Source of the DNA: Eledone cirrhosa
Lineage: Eukaryota
NCBI GenBank assembly: GCA_964016885.1
Contig: OZ024762.1
Span: forward strand, 7,998,001-8,062,000
Length of the DNA: 64,000 bases
Direction of reading: 5' to 3'
The notes under the pieces were generated by a model. The model made no database searches. It was not told where the DNA came from and saw only the letters and a list, made by a program, of their open reading frames with translations. A program made the position numbers and the translations under genes. Of the stretch, positions 51,988-64,000 are shown piece after piece. How positions within the stretch are numbered: the first letter of the stretch is position 1; the number at the start of each line of letters is the position of its first letter.

Positions 51988-52580
51988 ACACCACCACCAA
52001 CTCCACCGTCACAACAACACAACCACCAACTCCACCATTACAACAACACAACCACCAACTCCACCGTCACAACAACACAACCACCAACTCCACCATCACA
52101 ACAACACAACCACCAATCCCACCATCACAACAACACAACCACCAACTCCACCATCACAACAACCAACTCCACCATCACAACAACACAACCACCAACTCCA
52201 CCATCACAACAACACAACCACCAACTCCACCATCACAACAACACAACCACCAACTCCACCATCACAACAACCAACTCCACCAACACAACACAACCACAAA
52301 CTCCACCATCACAACAACACAACCACCAACTCCACCGTCACAACAACACAACCACCAACTCCACCATCACAACAACACAACCACCAACTCCACCATCACA
52401 ACACAACCACCAACCCCACCATCACAACAACACAACCACCAACTCCACCATCACAACAACACAACCACCAACCCCACCATCACAACAACACAACCACCAA
52501 CCCCACCATCACAACAACCAACTCCACCATCACAACTCCACCATCACAACAACACAACCACCAACCACACCATCACAACA
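51988..52580. repeat. 29-bp C/A-rich minisatellite
   Basis: acaacaacacaaccaccaactccaccatc, about 20 copies including truncated units. Confidence 0.92.
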
Positions 52581-53321
52581 TTGAAAACACCACCAACACC
52601 ACCACTGCCAACAACATAATATTACTACCATTAATATACCATCAACACCACCATCATCACAATTGCCTACACCGCCAACAACACAATATTACCAACATCT
52701 ACACACACCACCACCACCACCACCACCTCTAGACAGTGGAAGTACATTGATGATGTGTTATTGAAGAGATAATGGAGCTGACTGAGGCAAATTTGGCCTC
52801 CTCCCCCACACCCCCATTGATCCCTGATAAACCCAGAATTACTATGGCCTTCCTCCCACTTTCATATTGATCCTTGATAAGATGAGAATGGGGTAGTGGT
52901 GGTGGTGGGAGGAGAGATACTAATGATGGGGAACATGAAAGGAAATGTTAAACTAAGTGTTGTTGCTATTAAATTAATATTTTTCAAGGCCAGCAATTTG
53001 TGGGAGTGGGAGGGAGGAGGGAGAATATCGACCCCAGTACTTTACTGGCATTTATTTTATCAACACTGGAAGGATCAAAGATAAAGTTAACTTCAATGAG
53101 ATTCCAACTTAAAATGAAAAGTATCAGAAAAATACTGTTACCTTCGTATGGTGACCCAGCATGACCTAGACCAGATGGCTGGAACAGGTAAAAGAGTATA
53201 GGTGCAGGTATGACTGTGTGATTAAGGTGTTAGCTTTATACAGTATAGATGTATAGGTAAGGCTGTGTGGTTAAGGTATTAGCTTTGTATAGTATAGGTA
53301 CAGGTATTTCTGTATGGTTAA

Positions 53322-53532
53322 TCCTTTAGCATTTAAACCGACCGTATCCGGCCAGAATTCTCTCACCTCTTTCTGTTCAAACTGGCTGCTCATACTTATG
53401 CTAAGGTATTGTTCTCAAAATAAATAATATCAAAATCTCATAGATTCGATATCATGTGAGACAATTATGTGAGGTAAAACCTTTACCGTAAAAATACAAT
53501 AGTAAATATGGAGTAATGTAAATGGTAAAGAG
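53322..53532 (+). mobile_element. piggyBac-type MITE family 1
   Basis: TTAA-flanked, full length; more copies at ~54730-54928, 57044-57396, 57650-57928, 58208-58590 and 63815-63965. Confidence 0.85.
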
Positions 53533-56097
53533 TTAACTTAGCAGCAACTCAGCAGAGATTGATCATATAAGTACTAGACATGAAAACTAAAATTATTGGT
53601 TTTGATACAAATGACTAAATTCCAAGCATTGGCAGCAGACAAATAACTGAAGCCAATAACAGTTAATGAAAAATTTATCTTAAATTTTCTAATATGCTGT
53701 GTTGTGGATAACTATTTACTAATTAATCAATTAATTTGTCTGGTGATTTCAGTTAAGTCAGAATTTGTGTTTGATATATCTTCTGTTTGGCTATAACTCT
53801 CTAGATTGTTTTTCATAGATGTTTAAATTTTCACAGCATAGCTTAGAAACTGCAGTCATACCTACATTAAATTTAGTTCAATCTTATTGAAGATCAAACC
53901 ACTTGAAACTAATCTTTGATTCTACGATACAAAACTTTTAAAGTGTTTTAGATTTATCTAAAAACCTTCCATCAAAAATTTACATAAAAACTTTTATGGT
54001 CCAAACACAAGCTTAATAATGAGAATGTTAGTTATATATTCCAAATCCTTCCAAATTCTTGATCACTTTCAAAATTATTTGAAAAACATAGGCAGTGTTT
54101 TTCATGAGAAATATGGTAACAAAAGGATTGCCTTAGTCATTAGAGTGTTGGACTCATAACCATAACTTCATGGGTTTCAATTCCTGCCCTGAGCAGTTTG
54201 TTGTGTTCTTCAGCAAGATGTTCCATTTCTCATTGTTTTTCATGATAGTACCAGAGTCCCTATCTTTAAAACACCCAAGAAACCTTCTCTGATATACAAC
54301 CTCAACAATCAGTAACTTTGTTTTAAAAAAAAACCTGTTTAATTGAACCAACTATAGTTCCCCCTCCCCTCATTTGCCTCTATTAACCTCTGTCTGCAGG
54401 TGTGCAGGAATTCAAAGTAAATTCAGTGCCATGATAAAATGCAATTAGTAGAGCATGGAATGTGTATAAGCAAGTAATGACTCAGTCTGTGAAGACCTAT
54501 CCAACCCTCCCTAGTGAGGAGGATGAAGGTTAAGTGATGACGATGATGATGGTGATAAAATTGATTTTTAAATAATAGCAGTACCCAGCTAAGCTGACCA
54601 TGGCAGGATTTGAGCTCAGAGTGTAAAAAGCTGAAAGAAATACTGCAAAGCATTTTGTCTGACACTAACAATTCTGCTAATCTAGGACCAAAGTAATGAC
54701 TTCTAATCTAAGCCCAAGGCCATCAATTTTAAACTGGCCAGAATTCTCTCATTTCTTTCTGTTTAAACTGGTCATAACCGGCTACTCATACTTATGTTAA
54801 GGTGTTGTTCTCAAAATAAATAACATCAAAATCTCATAGATTCGATATTATGTGAGATAATTATGTGAGATAAAGCCTTTACAGTGAAAATATAATAGAA
54901 AATATAGAGTAATGCAAATGCTAAAGGGTTAAATCTGGTATTTTATTTTATTGATCCCAGAAAGCTGAAAGTCAAAGTTGACCTCAGTGAGATTTGAACT
55001 CAGAACACAGCCAAATCAAATACTACAAAGCACTTTGTGTAGCACTAACAATTCTGCTAATCCAGCACCCTAATAATAATAACAACAACAATAATAATGT
55101 CAATGTACGAGAACCTTGTAAAATTATTTTCTGCCTAGGGTATATTATTTCCTTAAGCAATAAAGTTGTATTAGTCTAAGGAGTATTTTACATAGTGATT
55201 ACTATTAGTTGTAATTTAAACAGAACAGGAAAACTGCTCTCATGGATAGCTAACAATATATATCAGACTCATTTATCAGCAATACAAATTTCAAGCAGTT
55301 ATTTCCTTTCAGTTTAGCCTAGCTCTTCATAATTTCCTTGTAATAGTCTCTTTATTCTCTGATTGATTATTTCTATTTGTGGAGGCTTCAGGCTTTATCT
55401 AATGCCCCAGTTCCTCCAGATACATGTTCAAGTCACAATAAACAGGGGTATTTCTCAATCAATCCACGTCACTTCAATAATTAGCAACACAAATCTTCGT
55501 TTGGGTTTTTTTCTCCTTCTCACATCAACTCAATATACAATTTAATCTGAAATTCCTTCAAAGTTTATCCCTTTTTTAAAAATATCTTATTGTTTTCTTT
55601 TCATTAGATTTTGGCAGAATATTTAGTGGTAGTAGTGGTGGTGGCGGTTGTAGCATGTGTTGGCAGTGGAAAGTTGATTGACTTAAATACAGTAAATGAC
55701 TGTTAATTATTTTATCAACATACTAGAGAATGAAGAGCACTTGAAGTTACATTTATGAATCACTACAATAGAGATACTATGAAGAAAATTAGACTTTGGA
55801 TCTTTTTTCTTTTAGAAAAACAACAAGCATTTTAAGACCATTTCCTCTGCTGAAGAAGGGGTTGGTCTTTGTAGGCTTCCTAAAAGACTTCATGCTTCTC
55901 GTCATGGTGTCCTTGAGGCAATATTTTACAACTCGATACCCTTCTTGGCACCAACCCTTTTAGTCACGTCTTCTGACACACAGGTATACAGTGTACCTAT
56001 TCTAAACTAGATACACATAAGGAAGGGATTCGCTTAACACTTTTCACACTAAACCACTTGAAACAAGTAAAGGTACATATAGGTGTGAGCCTCAAGT

Positions 56098-56365
56098 GCC
56101 ATAGATAGATTACACCATAGATACAGATTATAGATGTGTCATAGATACAGATCATAAATATGCCATAGATACGTCATAGTTAAAGATCATAGATATGCAT
56201 TATAAACAGACATCATAGATAGACATATCATAGACTAACACATTATAGACAGATGTGTCATAGATCAACATGTCACAGACAAACATCATAGATACAGGTC
56301 ATAGATACATGTGTCATAGTTAGACATGTAGTTTGACATCATAGACAGAAACATCATAGATAATA
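56098..56365. repeat. Degenerate catagat-based short-period repeat
   Basis: Recurring catagat/catagac motif. Confidence 0.75.
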
Positions 56366-59124
56366 GATGGCTTTCAGATATTTTCTGTAGAGTTAGTACT
56401 GTAGCTGGGGAGTGGAGCAATCGGCGCAGCACCATGTTTGGTCTACTCTGTTGTTTTCTTTAGTGTGTGGAGGTGATACAGATTCGAGCTATACAGCCCA
56501 ATGCCCAGCTGGCTCACTAAAGATTTTCAATTGAGATATTTAACACTTTCATAACCATATTTCTAAAGAAAATCTGTTGAGCTGAAAATGATCATAAGAA
56601 GATTTTAAAACATCGAGATTATATACCCTTGAGGGGGAACAAGATGCAAGAAGAGAGCTCCACAACAAAGATGTATATGTATATGCTTCACGGACACACA
56701 CAGATTTTATCACAGATATGTCTCTTAGAGAAAGGTGTAATATCAATGGTAAGAGTAATCTCAGAAATAATAGATTGGAAATGCACCAAGAAGACAGATT
56801 GGTTACGATAACCACTTCATGTATGCTTATTTCAGACAGAAAGATGTTCAAGGAAAGAAACTACTAGAGTAGATATTCATAGAAATAATTTGAAAACTCA
56901 AACACAAGAATTTAAAACAATCAATGGCAGCATGTAGTTTGGGAAAAAATACCAAAGGCCAGGAATCATTAAACAGTGGTCAGTAAAGAGAAAACAAATG
57001 TTGTGAGGTGGGTGACAGGTAAATGAAACATAGAAAAGATTAACCCTTTAGCATTTACATTACTCTATATTTACTATTGTATTTTCATGGTAAACACTTT
57101 ATTTCACATTATTATTCCACATAATATCGAATCTATGAGATTTTGATATTATATATTTTGAGAACAATACCATAACCCTTTAGCATTTACATTACTCTGT
57201 ATTTACTATTATATTTTCATGGTAAATACTTTATCTCACATAATTATCTCACATAATATCGAATCTATAAGATTTTGATATTATTTATTTTGAGAACAAC
57301 ACCTTAACATCTGTCTAAGTGACCAGTTACAGCCAGTTTGAACAGAAAGAGGTGACAGAATTCTGGTCGGAGATGGTCAGTTTAAATGCTAAAGGGTTAA
57401 GAGAGGAGGGGAAGAAGGGCAGGTAGAAGTTATAAGAAGAAAGAAAGTAGAAATACTTATTTACAGTGAAAGGATGAGAATTAGTAGAAAGATGAATCTC
57501 TTGATTAGTAACCTTAACCCATTTCATAGCAACCCACCCAATTATAAATGTTCCAACTATACTTACCAAATATAGGCCAATCCCCTTATTTTATGCCTGA
57601 GAAATGGACAACAATCCAAACCCTGTTTATAAGCCAAGGCCACTTAACCCTTGGTCATAACCAGCCAGAATTCTCCCACCACTTTCTGTTTAAACTAGTC
57701 ATATCCAGCCAGAATTCTCCCACCACTTTCTGTTCAAACCGGCCATATCCAGCCAGAATTCTCTCATCCCTTTCTCTTCAAACCAACTGTAACTAGCCAC
57801 TCATACTTATGTTAAGGCGTTTTTCTCAAAATAAATAATATCAAAATCTCAGCTTCGATATTACGCGAGGTAAAGCCTTTACTGTGAAAATATAATAGTA
57901 AATATAGAGTAATGTAAATGTTAAAGGGTTAATCAACACATTACGGCACTGTATTGAAATTTTCATGAGTGGAGAAAATATTTACGAAGTTTTAATATTT
58001 TGATATTTAAAATATTTCAAGTGTTGTTAAGAGTATAGTTTTTGTTTCATAAATCCACCACATAATGACTTTTTTGCCATTTCATCTGTTTTATAAAGTT
58101 TCAAGTTTCTCGCTTTTTGTTTACTTTCAGCTACTCAAATGCTGAGAGTACTTTACTCCCTTTTTTTTAAGAGCGCCATCTCCCAAATATAACAGATTTT
58201 TATTTAAACCTTTAGCATTTAAACCGGCTGTAACTGGCTGCTCATACTGATTATTAAGGTATTGTTTTCAAAATAAATAATATCAAAATCTCATAGATTC
58301 AATATTTTGTGAAATAATTATGTGAGATAAAGTATTTACCGTGAAAATATAATAGTAAATATAGAGTAATGTAAATGTTAAAGGGTTAAGCAGGCCATAT
58401 CCAGCTAGAATTCTCTCACCTCTTTCTGTTCAAACCAGTCATAATCAGCCACTCATACCAACGTTAAGGTATTGTTCTCAAAATAAATAATAACATCATC
58501 AAAATCTCGTAGATACGATATTATGTGAGATAATTATATGAGATAAAGCCTTTACCGCGAAAATACAATAGTAATGTAAATACTAAAGGGTTGATATACA
58601 CATCGAATGAAATATGTTAAGAGACAGCAAGCGAGAAAAAGAGAGTACATGAAGAGCAAGAAAAAGAGAGGGTGAGAGCAAGAGAGAGAAAGCAAAATAA
58701 AACAAAACAGGATTGAAAGAAAAAGTATAATTACGTAAGTCACAGAGAAAAGCAGTCGGCATTCATGTGCATGTATGCATTTATGTGTAGGAGGCATACA
58801 TAAAACTCCTGACGATATAGTAAATGTAGAAAAACTGTTTCATTGTGAAATAATCACTCCAGATATTTTAGCACTTTATTTATGTAGAATTTGAAGTTGG
58901 TGAAAATTGTCAAAATATTGACCTCGAATATAATCCAATGCCAATTTTACCATCGATGGCTTTTTTGGTCAAATATTCCTTAGTTTATATTCGAGTATAT
59001 ATGCTATATTAAAACTTTCCCCAATTTTATTGAAAAAGAAACATTTTGTTAAGCAATACTCCAAACTTCAGTTTAGAAATGAAAAAATTAATTATCTTAT
59101 TAAATTACTCTAAATTTTAGAATA

Positions 59125-59641
59125 CAGGTATACCTTAACTTACATCGTTTCAAATTTCATTTTCAAAGTTATGGCAGTTTTTCTTAATATCATATGGCAA
59201 AAATAAATCCCATATGATGTCAATTGACTCAACTTTACGTCGGTGTGCCAAGAATATTAAACCATAAAAAACACTAAAAACATAAAACCACATTTAAATA
59301 AATGCTAAAATGTAGTAAATGTAGTAAAATTAGTGGTTTATAGCGGAGGGGTAATTTCACATTCATCGTTTTTCGACTTAACCCGTTAACATTTAAACCG
59401 GCCGTATCCGGCCTTAATTCTCTCACCTCTTTCTGTTAAAACTGGCTGTAACCTGCTGCTCATACTAATGTTATGGTATTGTTCTCAAAATAAATAACAC
59501 CAAAATCTCAAGATTCGATCTTATGTGACATAAATAAAGTCTTTACCATGAAAATATAATAGTAAATATAGAGTAATGTAATGCTAAATGGTTAAGTTGT
59601 AATTCTGGAGTCAATTAACGACATAGGATGAGTTACACCTG
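59125..59641. mobile_element. pogo/Tigger-like MITE containing a nested family-1 piggyBac-type MITE (59382-59591)
   Basis: TA-CAGGTATACCTTAACTTACATCG ... CGACATAGGATGAGTTACACCTG-TA imperfect TIRs; homologous copy at ~48671-49652. Confidence 0.65.
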
Positions 59642-59761
59642 TACACAGAATCAGAGGCAGTTTAGTTTGGTATGGAAATAGCTAATACCATGAAACTAAT
59701 AGAAACAAAACTTATAAACTTGTATAGGGAATTCTGTCAGTGTGTCTAATTTTAGAATTAC

Positions 59762-59802
<41 letters not shown>

Positions 59803-60359
59803 TTAAAATAAATGAAGAAAAAAGTCAAACAACGGAACAAACTGGAACAAACGGAAGACCTATTAGAAATTACTAAGTGGACCCAATCCCCTCTCCATCT
59901 CTGAACACAACCAATTTCTTTCAGAGGAGAAAGTGATAGAGAGGAAATAGGAAAGGGATATAGAGCAATAATTGACCCCAGTACTGAACTGATTTCTTTT
60001 TCTTTTTCTTTTCTTACCTAGGAGGGGAGGGGGGGGGGCTGTTTTTTTTTTTGTTTTTGTTTTTTTTTTTTATCAGCCTGAAAAGAATGAAAGGCAAAGT
60101 TGATCTCGGCAAGATTTGAACACTGAGCGCAGAGAGCCAGAATGAATACTGCAAAGCATTCGATCCAACGTTCTAATGACTCTGCCAATTTGCCAGCTCA
60201 GCGAGTGTTAGAAAGTACAAATGAACAATCTGTTAATTCAGGTAATTAGTTAGAAACAACTTTTAACTGATCTTACATGTTGTAACAAAGGAATGAAGAA
60301 TACTGCAGAGGAGGTTAAACACATTCCTGATGCTGTCATTGGTAAAGACTTCAGGACAT

Positions 60360-60410
<51 letters not shown>

Positions 60411-60520
60411 GGGAGAGAGAGACATACATGCATACACACACGGATACACACATTCCTGATGCTGTCATTGGTAAAGACTTCAGGACATGGACACACACAC
60501 ACACATATATACGTATGTAT

Positions 60521-60565
<45 letters not shown>

Positions 60566-60602
60566 TATACATACATATATATATACATATATATATACAT
60601 AC

Positions 60603-60657
<55 letters not shown>

Positions 60658-60673
60658 CATACATATACATACA

Positions 60674-60705
<32 letters not shown>

Positions 60706-61155
60706 CATATATATACATACATACATATATATATATGTACTGTCCAAAGCCATGCAAGCGTGGAAGATGGACGTTAAACGATGATGATGATGATATACAT
60801 ACTTATTTCATACATACATATACATATATATATATATATACAGACATCAGGCATTCACACACACATACACATCTATATCTATAGATACACACACACACAT
60901 ATATATACACACACAGGTATACAGGCACACACACACACACACATGTATATACACAGACACACACAGATAATGCTACTCGTAAAGATAATAGAAGGAAAAG
61001 GAAAAAAAGACCAGTTTGTCTTCGTTATTTGAAAATTAATAACCTCGTTGATTGACTAAAATACAATCAAAACTACAACAAATTATCTTCAGATATTGAT
61101 TAAAATAAAGAGTAGCCTCTTCTGCTTGACCAACTTCAAGATAATGCTGCCGTTA

Positions 61156-61187
<32 letters not shown>

Positions 61188-61751
61188 GTCGTACTCATGG
61201 TCAGCCATATCACCACTATCATCCTCATCCTCATTAGGGTCATTATCATGACCGCAATCATCATCATCATCACCATCACCATCCACACCAATCATCAACA
61301 ACATCTAACTGAAAGTGAAGTTGTTGAATTACTTTAAACAATAGACGATCCCGACAAGGCAGATGGTGGAACTCACAGGAGATGTCTGCTTTTAATTCGA
61401 CAAAAGACTTCTTACAAATGCTTCATTTAATTATCACACAGAAGAGACAAGTGAAAAAAATATATAAAATATAATAAATATTTTCATGGAAAAGTCTATT
61501 CACCTTCATTTTTGTTTCTTCAATAAAAGTGAAAGGAATCCCTCCCATTGCTGGATATATTGAATTAACCCTTTTGTTACCATATTTCTAATAGAAGACA
61601 TTGCCTATGTCTCTAACCCTTTCATTACCTATTTCTAATGAAAGACATTGCCTATGTTTAACCCTTTCATTATCATATTTCTAATGGAAGACACTGTCTG
61701 TTTAACCCTTTCATTACCATATTTCTAATGAATGACACTGCCTATGTTTAA

Positions 61752-62164
61752 CCCTTTAGTTAGCATTTAAACCAGCCATATCCGGCTAGAATTCTCTCAC
61801 ATCTTTCTGTTTAAACTGCCTGTAACCAGCCGCTCATACTGATGTTAAGCTATTGTTCTCAAAATAAATAATTGCTTCTACTATTGGCACAAGACCAGCA
61901 ATTACCCAGTGCATTACTGGTACTTTATTTTATCGACCCCATAAGGATGAAAGGCAAAGTTAACCTCGGCGGGATTTGAACTCAGAATGGCAAGGGCCGT
62001 AACTCTATGTGTCAAAGCATGGCGTCCAACCCTCTACCGATACTGCCAATCTACCATTCTCAAAATAAATAATATCAAAATCTCATAGATTCGATATTAT
62101 GTGTTATAAAGCCTTTACCATGAAAATAATATAGTATATATAGAGTAATGTAAATGTTAAAGGG
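61752..62164 (+). mobile_element. Family-1 MITE with inserted OK-type SINE (61873-62056, minus)
   Basis: 17-bp TSD ttctcaaaataaataat at 61856-61872 and 62057-62073; preceded by four ~46-bp MITE-end units (61566-61750). Confidence 0.88.
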
Positions 62165-62374
62165 TTAACCCTTTCAGGACCATATTTCACATCCTCAGCA
62201 TTATCACCTTTGTACATCCACTTTCCATGCAGGCATGGGTTTGATAGGTTATCACAGTTTGAAGCCAGATAGACTAAGAGAGACTTCAGCTTAATCATAA
62301 GATCCATTTTTGGCATGGTTTCTACTTTACACAGCATACTATATACACTCACACACACTATATATATATATATT

Positions 62375-62720
62375 AGCATGGATGTGTGTGTGTGTGTGTG
62401 TACGCATACCCACAGTAAATATAAGCATGGATGGATGTGAGTGTGTACTCAAACATACACAAACCTACAGTATATGTAAGCATGGGTGTGTGTGTATGTG
62501 AATGCATATGCTCACACACACCCAGTATATATAAGCATAGGTGTGTGTGTGTGTGCATGTACAAACACACACACACACAGAGTATATATAAGCATAGGTG
62601 TGTGTGTGTGTGTGCATGTACAAACACACACATACACACACACGCACACACACAGAGTATATATAAGCATGTGTGTATGTGTGTGTGAATACATGCACTC
62701 ACACCCACCCACTATATATC
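62375..62720. repeat. ~55-bp repeat with internal (GT)n...(AC)n self-complementarity
   Basis: agtatatataagcatag(gt)n gcatgtacaa(ac)n units. Confidence 0.8.
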
Positions 62721-62879
62721 AACATGTAGGTATGTCTAGTACTTACAAAAATTATGGTGGCAGGCTTTTGGAACTGTATCTCTGATGAAATATACAATTT
62801 CAATTAATTAATGAAAAGTTTTGAAGCATTTACATAAATTATTATAAAATAATAATAATAATAATAATGAAAATATTGT

Positions 62880-63555
62880 GTACAGTGCTCAGGTGCACTA
62901 CAACTCATCAAAAGTGTATGTATAGTACATAGGGTAATGTACAAATGTCAGGAAAATGAACAGTGCATGAGTCATGCTATACCCATGTGTGCACATGTAT
63001 GGAAGGGGGACATCAGGTGTAGTTTTGGCGAATTTTGGGAAGCATGAGGGTTTTAAAGGATGCAGTGTCTCGGCAGCTAACAATGATGCAGGCAGTTTGT
63101 TCCATGCTTCAGCAATTCTAAGCGTGAAAAAATGTTTCAGAAAGTCATGGGAGCTGTGCTGTTTTCTGACTTTGTAGGCATGTCCACGTGTGTTAGACAC
63201 ATGGAGATCAAAAAGGTGCTCAGGGTTGTTGTTGGCGAGATGGTTAATAACTTTGTGGGTGTTTACCAAGTCCATTGTCAGACGTCGGAGCTTCAATGAA
63301 TCCATGCCTAGGGAAGCAAAGCATTCAGAGTATGGTAGGTTTCTGATGGAGGGTATGCGCTTGGTTGCACGTCTCTGAACAGTTTCCAACAGTTTCCAGC
63401 AGGTCAATGTTCTGAGCAAGATAGGGGTTCCACACTGATGATGCGAATTCTAAGTGTGGTCGTACCATAGCTGTATACAGCTTTAAATAGATGGCTGGAG
63501 AGCGGCTAACAAAGGTCTTGCTGAGTGATGCCAAGACACCCTCGGCCTTCTTGAC
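62880..63555 (-). mobile_element. CR1/L2-group LINE ORF2 3' end (decayed)
   Basis: LYTAMVRPHLEFASSVWNPY...LETVQRRATKRIPSIRNLPY...LKLRRL...TRGHAYK...FFTLRIAEAWNKLP, frameshifted; (att)n tail at ~62848-62868. Confidence 0.92.
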
Positions 63556-64000
63556 ATTATTTTATAACATATCCTTATATAAAATTATGTTGGAAGATTT
63601 TAATTTAAATAAGAACCCTTTAAATCTTTAATATCCCATAGCGATTTAGCAGAAAATATCTAAAAATGGGTTTGTTAATTCAAATATTTATAGTGACTTT
63701 ACTAGTGGACAGTTGGAGCAAAAATTTCTATTTTTAATGTGATTGTTTTGTGCTTTTCAAGAATGTCTTGCTAATGTGTTTTCATACAATACAGGACAAT
63801 AAAAGTTAGTTTAACCCTTTAGCATTTAAACCAGGTGTAACCAGTCGCTCATACTGATGTTAAGGTATTTTCTCAAAATCTCATAGATTCGATATCATGT
63901 GAGATAATTATATGAGGTAAAGCCTTTACCGTGAAAAAACAATAGTTAATATAGAGTAATGTAAATAGGAGCCCAATAAAATGAGTGGTTTTGTTTCATA

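Noticed and set aside
51157-52732. His/Thr/Pro-rich ORFs and a possible large fold-back between the GGT-rich and CA-rich blocks
   Set aside because: Low-complexity repeats; complementarity is compositional only and the unit sequences differ.
58809-58845. CUGACGA-UAUA..UGUA-GAAA-AAC.GUU-UC hammerhead-like string
   Set aside because: Weak AU stem II and no stem I pairing.

Overview
AT-rich, repeat-dense eukaryotic DNA. The tRNA-derived SINE families resemble those I recall from octopod cephalopods, so an octopus-like genome is inferred. The only well-supported host coding sequence is a 170-bp minus-strand exon (14619-14788) encoding the bHLH domain of a p160 steroid-receptor coactivator (NCOA/SRC/Taiman family), so much of the window is probably intron of that gene. 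The rest is tRNA-SINEs, RTE- and CR1-type LINE fragments, TTAA-flanked (piggyBac-type), hAT and pogo/Tigger-like MITEs, many minisatellites and one 200-N gap. Most long ORFs in the track are artefacts of low-complexity repeats. Most notable: (1) two type I hammerhead-ribozyme motifs in small elements sitting between (TA)n microsatellites, one inside a ~420-bp fold-back with a nested hairpin (Penelope-like/retrozyme architecture); (2) inverted RTE fragments bracketing the bHLH exon; (3) a SINE head converted into a 52-bp-arm hairpin; (4) a MITE terminus repeatedly amplified into a 46-bp satellite; (5) a 3.7-kb triplet-built satellite open in four frames. All alignments and folds were done by eye; repeat boundaries are approximate.
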